DNA of 64,000 bases, taken from assembly GCA_963727775.1 (NCBI GenBank), contig CAVSHB010000001.1, positions 1,248,001 to 1,312,000 on the forward strand, in the 5' to 3' direction. The position numbers and the translations under genes are program-made. The notes below the pieces were generated by a model, which did not search any database, was not told where the DNA came from, and saw only the letters and a program-made list of their open reading frames with translations. Below are positions 40,010 to 50,344 of the stretch, one piece after another; position 1 is the first letter of the stretch, and every line of letters starts with the position of its first letter. This stretch comes from an uncultured Nitrospiraceae bacterium. GTDB taxonomy: Bacteria; Nitrospirota; Thermodesulfovibrionia; Thermodesulfovibrionales; SM23-35.

Positions 40010-40039
40010 AGTTTACCACAATGAAGGTGACGTGTTCAA
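40010..40039 (-). promoter_or_regulatory. Possible promoter for the phosphonate cassette
   Basis: Minus strand TTGAAC, 18 bp, TAAACT with an extended TG. Confidence 0.35.
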
Positions 40040-40177
40040 TTATCCTGTCATCCTTCATTATCCTGCATAAAGATAAGTCTGTACAGCATTCCGCCATGTC
40101 TCCTCATGCCGCCCTCGTATATATCCTTTTTCCACATACAGCCTGTCATCAATGCTGCCATAGCTATCCATATACCC

Positions 40178-41335
40178 TCATTGTTTTAACCGTTCGAAGG
40201 TCTTCGGGTAAGCCCGCCCCCTTCTTGTGTGCCGGGGTAATATTTTTTCATCGATAAAGCAGAAGCACTTATGCATGACCTTCCAGATCAGACTGCCCTC
40301 TATTTCTTTTAATCTGGACATCGCGGCTCTTCCTCCGTATTCTATCTCTGTGTTATAAATATCGAACTCACCCGTCAACCGGATAAAATCCCCGCAGGTA
40401 AATCCTAATTTTTGTTCAATTTTTTGAGCAGTTGCAGCATTACCCAGTAGATCAAACAATACGCCGACGGCAAAGCGATGATGTACCGGAGAATTTGTTT
40501 CGAGCGCCAGTATCGCAATGAAAAAAGGAATAAGATCATCCTCAAGGGTTTCTTTGTATTTCTTGAGTGCAGGAAATATCCTGCATAACTCATCGGTCGA
40601 TCTTATTGAAAAGAAATTTCTTAAGACTTGTTCCTTTTCCCATAGGTTTCTTATCCTGCTGTCCACCCTGTCTCCGTTTGCATTGACGCCTCCCGGCAGT
40701 TTTCTAAACTTGATCAGCTTTTCAGGTAATATATGGATTTCATATTTCATGCAAAGCTTAATCCATAAATCAAGGTCGGGCAATTGCGCAAATCTTGCAT
40801 CATAGTAACCAATGTCCTCGAAACATTTCTTGCGAAGCATACTGCTCGTACGACAAATACAATTGCCTTCATAAAAAAAATAATTAAGCCATTGATGACG
40901 TGTCCTATTAGGCTGGATGAAGATGTTGTAAAAAGAATCATTAACATCCGGCAAATTGCTCCCGGTTTCATTGATAATATGCGCATAAGCAAAAACCGCA
41001 CCTATATCCAGATGCTCATCTAAAAAGCGAACCTGCTTTTCAAGTTTGTCAGGCAAGAAAAGATCATCGGAACTTAAAGCGGCCAAATACTCTCCGCGCG
41101 CATGTTTAAAACATTTATTAGCGGCAAGAGAAACACCCTGGGTTTTTTCGATGGTAAAGAGCTTTATCCTAGGGTCAGTAAACTCCTTAATCTTGCCGAG
41201 AGTCCCATCTACCGAAGCGTCATCTGCGATTATTATTTCAAAATCCTGATATGTCTGATCTAAAACGCTCTGTATCGCTTCGGTTACGTATTTTTCATCA
41301 TTATATGAAGTAATTACTACACTGACTCTCGGCAT
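40178..41335 (-). CDS. GT2 glycosyltransferase
   Basis: VSVVITSYN, DDASVDGT, SSDD, DLDLW. Confidence 0.85.
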   Translation of the reverse strand: MPRVSVVITSYNDEKYVTEAIQSVLDQTYQDFEIIIADDASVDGTLGKIKEFTDPRIKLFTIEKTQGVSLAANKCFKHARGEYLAALSSDDLFLPDKLEKQVRFLDEHLDIGAVFAYAHIINETGSNLPDVNDSFYNIFIQPNRTRHQWLNYFFYEGNCICRTSSMLRKKCFEDIGYYDARFAQLPDLDLWIKLCMKYEIHILPEKLIKFRKLPGGVNANGDRVDSRIRNLWEKEQVLRNFFSIRSTDELCRIFPALKKYKETLEDDLIPFFIAILALETNSPVHHRFAVGVLFDLLGNAATAQKIEQKLGFTCGDFIRLTGEFDIYNTEIEYGGRAAMSRLKEIEGSLIWKVMHKCFCFIDEKILPRHTRRGRAYPKTFERLKQ

Positions 41336-41354
41336 GTTTATTAACTCCCGATGT

Positions 41355-42467
41355 TCATCTCACACCACTCACAACATCCTGCAAAAAATCTTCATATTTT
41401 AAAGCTACCTTATCCCAGATAAAATCCTTTACCCATTCCCTCCCCCTTTGTCCCATCTCTTTTCGTTCATTGTTCGAGACAAGGTCCTTCATGGCTTGCG
41501 CAAGAGATGAAACATCCCCGCTTCTGAACACAACTCCGGTGCCCGCATCTCTGATCACCATAAATTCGGGAATATCACTCGCAATTACAGCCTTCCCGCA
41601 TGCCTTTGCCTCAAGGGTGCAGATGGATTGGACCTCGTGCCTTGAGGGGAAAACGCAAAACAGCGCCTTCCTTATCACTTCAACCTTTCTATCCCCCGAG
41701 ACCCAGCCCGCAAGCTCTATGGATTTTTTCACTTCCTCGGGCAACTTCATGAGTTCGGCCTGAAAGGTGTCCCGGTCCCTACCGTCTCCTGCGATAACCA
41801 GCCTGATATGAGGAAATGCCGCATGGAATTCCCTGTAGGCCTTGACGAGAAGATCCAGTCCCTTTCCATAAATATCGATTCTGCCGATGTAAAGGACATA
41901 CCCGTCTTCTTCCGGCACTGCATCCAGCAATTCACGTGAAACGCCGTTTGAAATAATCTGCACACGCTTCTTTCTTCCTACCTGGAGCTTTCTTGCAGTC
42001 TCCTGGCTTATGAAGATAAAGTTGTCATAAAACCCGGGTCTCAATAATTCCAGCACATAGAGAATCGAGGCATAAAGAGGATTATATTTACTGAAATAGA
42101 GAACTCCCGTGTGTCCCTGAATCTGTAAAATTACCGGCTTTTCTGTAAAGGCGTGCAGGAAGGTCGGGATTGCAGGGGAAAAATCCTCAATGATCACATC
42201 ATATTCGTCTCCATGTCTCTTAACAAACCGCGCGGCGTGACAGGCGTATGAGAGCAGAGTTTTCGTAAAGCTCTTGCTTTCGGTCCCGACAAAAACATGC
42301 TTTAAGCCGTCTTTCTCTCCATCCGCAGCCCCTGGATACTTTTTGCATAAAAGCGTTATATAATGACGGTCTTTCAGGTATTTATAAATCTCATACGCCC
42401 TTATCCCGACTCCACCTATACCAAAATAATCTCCCTCGCTTTCGTAGAGGAGATGAAGTATCTTCAT
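41355..42467 (-). CDS. GT4 glycosyltransferase, paralog of 32167-33285
   Basis: MKILHLLYES..GGVGIRAYEIY; PSRHEVQSICTLE; ATGA overlap with the upstream gene. Confidence 0.88.
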   Translation of the reverse strand: MKILHLLYESEGDYFGIGGVGIRAYEIYKYLKDRHYITLLCKKYPGAADGEKDGLKHVFVGTESKSFTKTLLSYACHAARFVKRHGDEYDVIIEDFSPAIPTFLHAFTEKPVILQIQGHTGVLYFSKYNPLYASILYVLELLRPGFYDNFIFISQETARKLQVGRKKRVQIISNGVSRELLDAVPEEDGYVLYIGRIDIYGKGLDLLVKAYREFHAAFPHIRLVIAGDGRDRDTFQAELMKLPEEVKKSIELAGWVSGDRKVEVIRKALFCVFPSRHEVQSICTLEAKACGKAVIASDIPEFMVIRDAGTGVVFRSGDVSSLAQAMKDLVSNNERKEMGQRGREWVKDFIWDKVALKYEDFLQDVVSGVR

Positions 42468-43564
42468 CCCGTTTCCTCCACCGCCCTTTCGCATGACTTA
42501 ATAATGCCTTCTGCTGTTTTCCTCCATGAGAATTTCTTTGCGTTCTTGAATCCTTTATCGACAAGCTCTCTTCGCAATATTTCATCACAAATGACCTTTA
42601 AAATTAATGTGCCCAATACTCCGCTGTCTTCGGGGTCAAAGAGAAGCCCTGCATTTCCCACAACCTCAGGCAGTGAACCGCCGTTAGATGAAATAACAGG
42701 CGTTCCGCAGGCCATGGCTTCCAATGGAGGAATACCAAAACCTTCTCTCAATGAAGGATAGATGAATATATCAGCATAGGAATAAAAAAGCGGGAGTTCT
42801 TCAGCCGGAACATAATCCACATACGTAATCCTCTCGTCGCTCGCCAGGGATCCAGCGGAGAACTGCTGTTTCCCTACTATGACAAGGGAATGCGGTATCT
42901 GGTTCTTTATGCGTAAAAATGCATCTGTGAGGGTCTTCAGATTTTTGTATGGAAAGAGGGTGCCGACAAATAAGAGATAATTTTCCTTAAGACGATACTT
43001 ATCAAAAAAATCTCTTTTCCTCTCTTTGGGCATAGGGGTAAACAAGGTATCGCTATAGGCAAGGGGGACAACATCAATCATGCCCTCTCCGATATTTGTC
43101 GCCATGCACACTTCCTTCTTAATAAACTCGGAAGAGACGATTACCCTTTTTGCAATTCGCCCAAGCAATTTCAGGTAAAACTTCATGCGCGGCGCGGCCA
43201 GCCCAAAGTCCGATGCGAAATGGACAAAGTGAAGATCGTGCAGATGAACCACGAGAGATGTCAGGGGTGTGAAAGGAAACTCCAGAATAGGGCAGTAGAG
43301 GACATCCACCCCTCTGAGCCTGCAGAGCACGGGGAGAATGGTATTGATATAGGCAAGCCGGTACAGGCTGTTCGATAATCTCGCGGAGCCCTTCATTCCC
43401 TCGGGTACCTTAATGACAGAGTCTGATGGTAAATCATTCTGTTCAACAGGAGTGAACATCAACAGCTCTTTGTGGAGTGATATAAAACGCGATACCTCCC
43501 GCGTCAATATTCCTACCCCGGTGGGCTTCTCATTGAGAAAGGTGGCATTGATACCGATCTTCAT
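42464..43564 (-). CDS. GT4 glycosyltransferase (mannosyl/rhamnosyltransferase-like)
   Basis: YPSLREGFGIPPLEAMACG. Confidence 0.9.
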   Translation of the reverse strand: MKIGINATFLNEKPTGVGILTREVSRFISLHKELLMFTPVEQNDLPSDSVIKVPEGMKGSARLSNSLYRLAYINTILPVLCRLRGVDVLYCPILEFPFTPLTSLVVHLHDLHFVHFASDFGLAAPRMKFYLKLLGRIAKRVIVSSEFIKKEVCMATNIGEGMIDVVPLAYSDTLFTPMPKERKRDFFDKYRLKENYLLFVGTLFPYKNLKTLTDAFLRIKNQIPHSLVIVGKQQFSAGSLASDERITYVDYVPAEELPLFYSYADIFIYPSLREGFGIPPLEAMACGTPVISSNGGSLPEVVGNAGLLFDPEDSGVLGTLILKVICDEILRRELVDKGFKNAKKFSWRKTAEGIIKSCERAVEETG

Positions 43565-44685
43565 TTATCCAACGCCTTTGCATACGTCTGGATGGTTAAT
43601 GCTGCAACATTTTCCCAGGAGTATTCGGCTGCTTTCCGCAGACCCTTCTCTCTCAGTTCTGATATCAAAGCTCCGGAAGACAAAACAGTATTGATCTTAC
43701 AAGCAAGATCTTCATAATCTCCGGGATTAAAGAGCACAGCTGAATTACCCGAGATCTCTCTGAGAGGGGGTATATCCGAAATGATAACAGGTATCCCGCA
43801 TGCCATTGCTTCAAGAGGGGGCAGACCAAAACCCTCATAGAGGGAAGGATAAACAAACACCGACGCACCTTTGTAAAGGGAAGAAAGCGTATTTTCATCA
43901 ACGTAGTGAGTAAATATGACCGCTTCTTTAATTCCTAACTCTTCCGGATATGAGATTATTTCATCCGAGAGCCACCCCAAACGTCCTGCAATTATTAATA
44001 CAAGATCATGTTTTCTTCTCACATCATAGAACGCCTTTATTAAAGTCTTCAAGTTCTTTCTCGGCTCTATAGTTCCGACATACAAGAGATAATCTTTTTC
44101 CGTAAATCTCCTCATTCCCGCTGCATGCGGGGCTATTTCGCACACCTTGCACCCTGTCGAAGGGGCTAAAGGAATAACATCAATCTTCTCTTCCGGGACA
44201 TTCAAGAAATGGACAGCCTCATTCTTTATAAACTGCGTATTGACGATTATCCGTCTCACAGCTGAGACATTCTTCGTCACATGTTCTGACGCATAGTCTA
44301 AAAAGTCCTTTGTCAAATATTCAGGACAGCTCATAAATGATAGGTCGTAAAGATTACAGACAGTCACGGCGCTGACTCCGGGCAGCGGATCTATACTTGT
44401 TTCATGGTATATATCAAAATGGGATCTATCTTCTTTTTGAGAAAGAGTGCGGATGAGCGAATTGCCGATATCGGACACGAAGGATGGATACCATTTAGCA
44501 ATGCGCATCCTTATTAGTGACGACGCCCTGCTGAGAAAATTCACTAACGCCCGTGATCTGTCGTCAAGAGTGGGAACAACATCTATTCCTGACTTCAGGA
44601 GCTCTCTGTAAAGGTTGAAGACATAGTAGCCAACACCTGTCTTACCATATAACGTAAGGGGTTTCGTATTGAAGAGGACCCGCAT
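43561..44685 (-). CDS. GT4 glycosyltransferase
   Basis: GTIEPRKN, YPSLYEGFGLPPLEAMACG. Confidence 0.9.
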   Translation of the reverse strand: MRVLFNTKPLTLYGKTGVGYYVFNLYRELLKSGIDVVPTLDDRSRALVNFLSRASSLIRMRIAKWYPSFVSDIGNSLIRTLSQKEDRSHFDIYHETSIDPLPGVSAVTVCNLYDLSFMSCPEYLTKDFLDYASEHVTKNVSAVRRIIVNTQFIKNEAVHFLNVPEEKIDVIPLAPSTGCKVCEIAPHAAGMRRFTEKDYLLYVGTIEPRKNLKTLIKAFYDVRRKHDLVLIIAGRLGWLSDEIISYPEELGIKEAVIFTHYVDENTLSSLYKGASVFVYPSLYEGFGLPPLEAMACGIPVIISDIPPLREISGNSAVLFNPGDYEDLACKINTVLSSGALISELREKGLRKAAEYSWENVAALTIQTYAKALDK

Positions 44686-44728
44686 GGTTACGGTAAAGCG
44701 TCTGTCCTTCCACGGGAATGATCGTGTC

Positions 44729-45754
44729 TCACAATGACTCCCTCACTTTCTTTATATCGCAATCGACCATAATCCTTATCAACTCCGCAAATTTAGTACG
44801 CGGCTGCCAGCCAAGTGTCTCCCTTGCCTTTGAATAATCTCCCACAAGGATATCAACTTCAGCGGGCCTCACAAATTCAGGCGATATTTCGATCAGGGTC
44901 TTACCGCTCTTCCTGTCTCTTCCCTTTTCTTCAATTCCCTTTCCGTACCATAGTATATCAAATCCCGCATAACGAAAAGCAATTTCTATGAATTCCCTGA
45001 CAGAGTGCGTCTCTCCGGTTGCAATGACGTAATCATCGGGTACTGCCTGATTGAGCATAAGCCACATAGCCTCGACATATTCCGGAGCATAGCCCCAATC
45101 TCTTCTGGCATCGAGATTGCCCACTACTATTCTGTCCCGCAGGCTACCGACTATCCTCGCCACGCCGCCGGTTATCTTTCGTGTAACAAACTCAGGCCCT
45201 CTCAGTGGAGATTCGTGATTAAAAAGGATCCCGGAACATCCAAATATGCCGCGCGACTCTCTGTAGTTCACCGTTACCCAATGGCCGAACACTTTGGCTA
45301 CTCCGTACGGGTTTCTCGGATGGAACCGTGTCTTCTCATTCTGTGGTATGGACTGCACCGTGCCGAACATCTCGGATGTGGAGGCCTGGTAGAATTTTAT
45401 CTTCGCGTCCATAATCCTTATGGCCTCAAGCAGTCTCAGGACTCCCAGTCCGTCTATCTCCGAGATGAGAATGGGTTGCTGAAAAGATGTTTGAACGAAA
45501 CTCTGAGCTGCAAGGTTATATACTTCATGCGGCCTTATTTTTTCCAGTGTTTCCATTATATTACTAAGTTCCAAAAGATCCATATAGAGAATATGTACTT
45601 CCTTCTCAATGCCTAATTCCTTCAGCCTCCAGAAGTCCTGTTCCCCACCCCTCCTGTCCGTGCCGTAAACCTCGTATCCCTTTTCAAGAAGGAGCCTTGC
45701 CAGATATGACCCGTCTTGTCCCCTAATACCTGTAATGAGGGCTCTTTTCATCAT
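44729..45754 (-). CDS. gmd: GDP-mannose 4,6-dehydratase
   Basis: ALITGIRGQDGSYL, QASTSE, YGVAK, FNHESPLRG, FVTRKI. Confidence 0.95.
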   Translation of the reverse strand: MMKRALITGIRGQDGSYLARLLLEKGYEVYGTDRRGGEQDFWRLKELGIEKEVHILYMDLLELSNIMETLEKIRPHEVYNLAAQSFVQTSFQQPILISEIDGLGVLRLLEAIRIMDAKIKFYQASTSEMFGTVQSIPQNEKTRFHPRNPYGVAKVFGHWVTVNYRESRGIFGCSGILFNHESPLRGPEFVTRKITGGVARIVGSLRDRIVVGNLDARRDWGYAPEYVEAMWLMLNQAVPDDYVIATGETHSVREFIEIAFRYAGFDILWYGKGIEEKGRDRKSGKTLIEISPEFVRPAEVDILVGDYSKARETLGWQPRTKFAELIRIMVDCDIKKVRESL

Positions 45755-45824
45755 TTCCCGCTTTATAATTCAGTCAACTGTGTTGAAGAGAATCTTTTCC
45801 CTTGCCTCATGGAACCCATAAATA

Positions 45825-46709
45825 TCACCGCTTTAGATTTCCGAATAGCCATTTCTTAAAGAATATGGTGAAATATCTGTATCCCCAGCGCACTCCAAAA
45901 ATTCTGGTAATATAAAATATTCTCACTAACGCTTTTGTCATCACATTAGCGTTTTTAAGGCTTGTCATTTTCTCCTCTGCTGTTCCGATCATGTATGCAA
46001 CCATCCAGAAAGATGGGACAGAACCAAAATATTTCTTGGCTGTTTCCATCGCCTCCTTGTAATGAATCTCTCTGAGTTTAGCCGATTTACTCTCACTGTG
46101 GTTCCTGGCATTTGCAAGGAATTTCTCCTTCAGATAAGCTATGGCTGTCTCCGGGTAAGATTGGCCGACGCGTATCCAGTACTCGTAATCCATACAGGTC
46201 CGGAGCTTGATGTCAAGCAGACCAATTTTCCCGAAGACCTCTCTTTTGATGAATACTGTAGGTTGGCTCAAAAAGCATCTTTCCGCAAGTTGCTTGAGTC
46301 TGAAGCGCTCCGAAGGATAGTTTCCCGTAACGTTTCCATCTTCATCAATAAAGTGAGCGTTTCCATATACCATAATGATTTCAGGATTCCTCAGAAAATG
46401 TTCTACTACCGTGCTCACCGCCCCGGGGGTATAGGTATCATCAGAATTCAACCAGCCCAATATCTCCCCTTTCGCCCTTAAAAAACCTTTGTTGACGGCA
46501 TCCGCCTGGCCGAGATCCGGCTCAGACTTCCATTGCATCCTGTCTTCGTATTTCTTGAGAATCTCAACGGTGCCGTCCGTAGAGCTTCCGTCTATTACAA
46601 TATATTCCAGATGAGGATAGTCCTGCGAAAGGACACTCTTTATCGTCTCCTCGATAAACTTCCCCTGATTGAACGAAGGGGTAACGATGCTTACAAGAGG
46701 TTTTTCCAT
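45825..46709 (-). CDS. GT2 glycosyltransferase
   Basis: VSIVTPSFNQ, DGSSTDGT, WLNSDD. Confidence 0.88.
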   Translation of the reverse strand: MEKPLVSIVTPSFNQGKFIEETIKSVLSQDYPHLEYIVIDGSSTDGTVEILKKYEDRMQWKSEPDLGQADAVNKGFLRAKGEILGWLNSDDTYTPGAVSTVVEHFLRNPEIIMVYGNAHFIDEDGNVTGNYPSERFRLKQLAERCFLSQPTVFIKREVFGKIGLLDIKLRTCMDYEYWIRVGQSYPETAIAYLKEKFLANARNHSESKSAKLREIHYKEAMETAKKYFGSVPSFWMVAYMIGTAEEKMTSLKNANVMTKALVRIFYITRIFGVRWGYRYFTIFFKKWLFGNLKR

Positions 46710-46711
46710 AA

Positions 46712-48301
46712 TCAACGGTCAGCAGGACAACTTGATTCTTTCCTAAACGTCTTATCATAAATGTCACCAATGTCATCAGTCCTTTGGGCAACAATCAAAA
46801 AATTGTAAGCGAACAGGGAAGGAAGAATTTTTGCTAAAAAGTAAGAAATGGCTTCAATGCAGCGGCAAAAAGTATTCCTTGATATCAGATCGACGATTGG
46901 CGGACCAAAAAACTTTGCTTCTTTTATAACAAAACCATTTTGGGTCAATAACTTCCTGAAAGAGTAAATTGTAAATAATCTCTTATGCGTTAAATCGAGT
47001 ATCCCACGCTTTCCATAATTAAAATGCCCGAAGAACAAGCTCATCCGCGTAATTATATACCCTACGTTTGCAGTGCTCGCAAACAGATACCCCCCTGCTT
47101 TGATTGTGAGGAATATTTTTCTCAGCCCCTCGGCTGCATCATTCAAATGTTCTATTAAATCCAACGCGATAACAGCATCATATTTTTCCCTGCCCAGAAT
47201 CTTCACAAAGTCATCGTCTAAATTAAACTGAAGCGGCTCGGCTTTTCCTGCTCCATGAGGAAAAATCTTGTCTACCGCCGTGACCTTTCTGACCTTTTCT
47301 GCTAAACGTGCGCTCAACTCCCCCCGATTCGCACCTAATTCGCAGATCTCAAAATTGTGGTCCCAATCCCTTTTTATCATATGTTGATGGAGAGAGCGGG
47401 GAGAAGACTTAAAATAGTAATTATCGACTTCAAAAAGCTTAAAATCAAAGTTTGGCTCATAGAATAGTCCTATCTGTACCAACCTGTATTTGATAACCGA
47501 TTTAATACAATTCTTCGCATACTTCAGACCATTCACATGACATGTCTCTCTACCGTAGAAGGTTGGGATAGGCACTTCAAACACCTTTTTCTTAAGAGCT
47601 AACAGTTGAATTATAATTTCTGTATCGAAATGAAAGTCATCACTGTTGTAAACGAACGGCAGATTTTTCAGCGCTTCTATTCTGTAAGCGCGATATCCCG
47701 AATGAAATTCCGATAGCGAAGTATTAAGGATCAAGTTTTCAAATGCAGTCAAAATCCTATTGCCCGCCCACTTATAAAGAGGCATTCCGCCCTTGAGAGC
47801 GTCTCTTTTCCTGAGCATACGAGAGCCGAACACGGCATCTGCACTGTCATTCTCAAATGCGTTGACCACCCGTGCAAGACATTCAGGGGCATATTGGCCG
47901 TCCCCGTGTAATAAAATCACAACATCAAAATTCTTTTTTATGCTATAGAGATAGCCAAGCTTCTGATTTCCGCCATATCCCCGATTAAAGGGCGTTCTCA
48001 AAACATTCAAGTTATTATATCCCAGCTTCTTCCCTGATTGATAAGCGATATCAAAAGTCGAATCCCTCGATGAATCGTCAATGATGAATATCTCTGCAAA
48101 TTTATCCCGCATTTCTCTTGGAATCCGATTCAATACATTAAAAATATGCTTTTCGGCATTATAGGTGACAATGAAAACAGCGCACCTCATTTTTCCCAGC
48201 AGCTTTATAGATTTTTCAAGCTCTTTTTCATCGACAGAGAAGGTTAGGAGAGGGTTCTTGCAGCTTTTCATTTTCTCATAACGATTAATTCTTTCTTCCA
48301 T
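46712..48301 (-). CDS. GT2 (DPM-like) fused to a methyltransferase domain
   Basis: GYGGNQK, HGDGQY, EFHSGYR; C-terminal ELGANRG, LDLIEHL, GILDLTH. Confidence 0.85.
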   Translation of the reverse strand: MEERINRYEKMKSCKNPLLTFSVDEKELEKSIKLLGKMRCAVFIVTYNAEKHIFNVLNRIPREMRDKFAEIFIIDDSSRDSTFDIAYQSGKKLGYNNLNVLRTPFNRGYGGNQKLGYLYSIKKNFDVVILLHGDGQYAPECLARVVNAFENDSADAVFGSRMLRKRDALKGGMPLYKWAGNRILTAFENLILNTSLSEFHSGYRAYRIEALKNLPFVYNSDDFHFDTEIIIQLLALKKKVFEVPIPTFYGRETCHVNGLKYAKNCIKSVIKYRLVQIGLFYEPNFDFKLFEVDNYYFKSSPRSLHQHMIKRDWDHNFEICELGANRGELSARLAEKVRKVTAVDKIFPHGAGKAEPLQFNLDDDFVKILGREKYDAVIALDLIEHLNDAAEGLRKIFLTIKAGGYLFASTANVGYIITRMSLFFGHFNYGKRGILDLTHKRLFTIYSFRKLLTQNGFVIKEAKFFGPPIVDLISRNTFCRCIEAISYFLAKILPSLFAYNFLIVAQRTDDIGDIYDKTFRKESSCPADR

Positions 48302-48482
48302 TGTTTTTTCTTTTCATTATAAACTATTATACCAAGGTCGGAGTATAAAGTTTTCTTCGTATCGGGTCTAATGGCCTATAGATATTGAGAAGTTAAACTG
48401 AGCGGTTCAGCCTTTCTGATGTCGGGCAGCCTTGAGATTTTATGAATGGAAAACCGACTTCTTTAATCTCCAGGGTCAGGAT

Positions 48483-50330
48483 ATGTCATTCATCAAAGAA
48501 TTAAGGAAAATAACAAGTCAATCATGGTTTTCCTATTTGACCCTTTTCTTACTGCAGGCGAAGGTCCTCTGGGGTATATGGGAATATAAAGATATTGCAA
48601 ACGGAGACACTTCGAGTTACTTTCGATTCGCCTATCAATGGTTTCAAAATTATACGGTCAATATTGCCTGGTCGCCTCTTTATACGGCGTTCTATGGAAC
48701 TCTTTTGCATGTTTCGACCGATCCATTCACCGTAACGATTCTTCACCGCATCATTATAGTCTTTGCGATAACTCTAATGGTTTTGGCGTTGATGAGACAG
48801 TTGCTTCCTCACTCGGTAGCATGGATCGTGAGCGCATGGTGGGCTATTTTGCCCATCCATTTTGACTCGTTGTATGAGGTCCATCTCTTTGCAGTCATTG
48901 CGCCCTTGGCCGCATGTCTATTAGCTGCTTATAAACCGACTGCTTGGGCGCGAGGCTGTGCGCTCGCGATTATCGCCTGTTCATCTTTCTTGATTCGAAA
49001 TGAGCTTGTCGTGGCAGCTGCCGTCCTGGCTTTGCTCTATTTTTTGTGGGAGATAAGGCTCGTAAAGACCGCCAAGCTGGAAAATAGGGTAATACCACCA
49101 TTGAGACATTATCTGTATAGCTATATCATTCCTTTACTCTTGGCCGCTTTTGTTGTCATCTTTTTTTACTGGCGATCTGACGTTAAATATCCGCAGTTAA
49201 AGGATGTGTTTACCGATAAGCACACTCTGAATATGTGTCAGGTTTATGCATTTGGATACCAGCAGCGGCATCCGGAGTGGACAAAGAGTCCGTGGTTGGA
49301 ATGCCAGGAATTGATCCAGCAGCATTTTGGCTCGCCTCAGTTGTCGTTATCTGAAATGATCCTAAAAAACCCAAAAGCGGTGCTCGAAAATATGTTCTGG
49401 AATATCCGCTTGACGCCATATGGCCTGCAGGTATTGTTGTTCAATGTCACGTCCGGTTCGGCGAATCCGGATTACGCGCCAGTATTCAAATCTAACATGG
49501 CATTACTTTTCAGTTTTGTTATAGTAATACTTTTGGTCGGCGGAATAATTCTGTTTTACCGGGAAAAATCTTTCTGGTGGAATTACTGGCTAAAATCACG
49601 TTTTGTAGGATGGATGACTCTCGCCTCTCTTGCCGCAGTCTCTCCATTCATTATTCTGAGCCAGAGGCCCAGGCCATCATACCTTTTCACGACCGGCATT
49701 TTCCTGATGTCAGGCGTGGGTCTGTGCACTTTTATTGCTTTCCATCAATTATCCTTGTCAAAACGCCTATCGACCGCTATCTCTATGTTGTCAAAACGTC
49801 TATCGACTTTTGTCCCTATAATTTTGATTGCTCTATTCATTCTCATTCCAAGCTATTATCCCTACGTCAACAAAGCTAAATCTCGTCCCTTGCTCGAACT
49901 ATACCAAAGACTCGTGCCGTACAAGGAAGTGATTACGGAGCCTGAGGTTGTATTTATGGTGAATGGTTTCCCTTTTGAACTTCAGTCATATTTAGTAGCT
50001 ACGAAAGCTAAGCCCTTCGTATGGTATCGATTGGTCGATCAAATGCCGTCGACCTTACCATGTTTGGTCGATTTCGCGGAGATTTCCTTGCTCCAAATCC
50101 CAAAGAGTGCAGATAGTTGGAACATGCCGATAAATGAATATTTTGATAAGATAGGTGTGAATCTAATTTATATTGATAATAATCTCTGGACAACTCTGGA
50201 TAATCAGAGAATAAATCAGAAATTTATTAGAACACCTGAGTCAGTGGGATGGAAGATCATTGCTTATCAAAATATGTATTCAAACAAATGGATGTTGCTT
50301 CAGAGAATCAATAATGACAAAGCCCCATGA
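48483..50330 (+). CDS. Polytopic membrane protein, probable GT-C-fold transferase
   Basis: Many TM segments, GDTSSY near the N-terminus, RPSY; opposite strand to its neighbours. Confidence 0.6.
   Translation: MSFIKELRKITSQSWFSYLTLFLLQAKVLWGIWEYKDIANGDTSSYFRFAYQWFQNYTVNIAWSPLYTAFYGTLLHVSTDPFTVTILHRIIIVFAITLMVLALMRQLLPHSVAWIVSAWWAILPIHFDSLYEVHLFAVIAPLAACLLAAYKPTAWARGCALAIIACSSFLIRNELVVAAAVLALLYFLWEIRLVKTAKLENRVIPPLRHYLYSYIIPLLLAAFVVIFFYWRSDVKYPQLKDVFTDKHTLNMCQVYAFGYQQRHPEWTKSPWLECQELIQQHFGSPQLSLSEMILKNPKAVLENMFWNIRLTPYGLQVLLFNVTSGSANPDYAPVFKSNMALLFSFVIVILLVGGIILFYREKSFWWNYWLKSRFVGWMTLASLAAVSPFIILSQRPRPSYLFTTGIFLMSGVGLCTFIAFHQLSLSKRLSTAISMLSKRLSTFVPIILIALFILIPSYYPYVNKAKSRPLLELYQRLVPYKEVITEPEVVFMVNGFPFELQSYLVATKAKPFVWYRLVDQMPSTLPCLVDFAEISLLQIPKSADSWNMPINEYFDKIGVNLIYIDNNLWTTLDNQRINQKFIRTPESVGWKIIAYQNMYSNKWMLLQRINNDKAP
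49755..49820 (+). repeat. 33-bp in-frame tandem duplication
   Basis: TTGTCAAAACGCCTATCGAC at 49755 and TTGTCAAAACGTCTATCGAC at 49788 (LSKRLST twice). Confidence 0.85.
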
Positions 50331-50344
50331 TTTCCCTAATCCAA

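Noticed and set aside
39400..40257. 285-aa plus-strand ORF and other long alternative-frame or antisense ORFs in 33.4-40 kb
   Set aside because: They overlap well-supported genes in a GC-rich, stop-poor region and have no recognisable motifs
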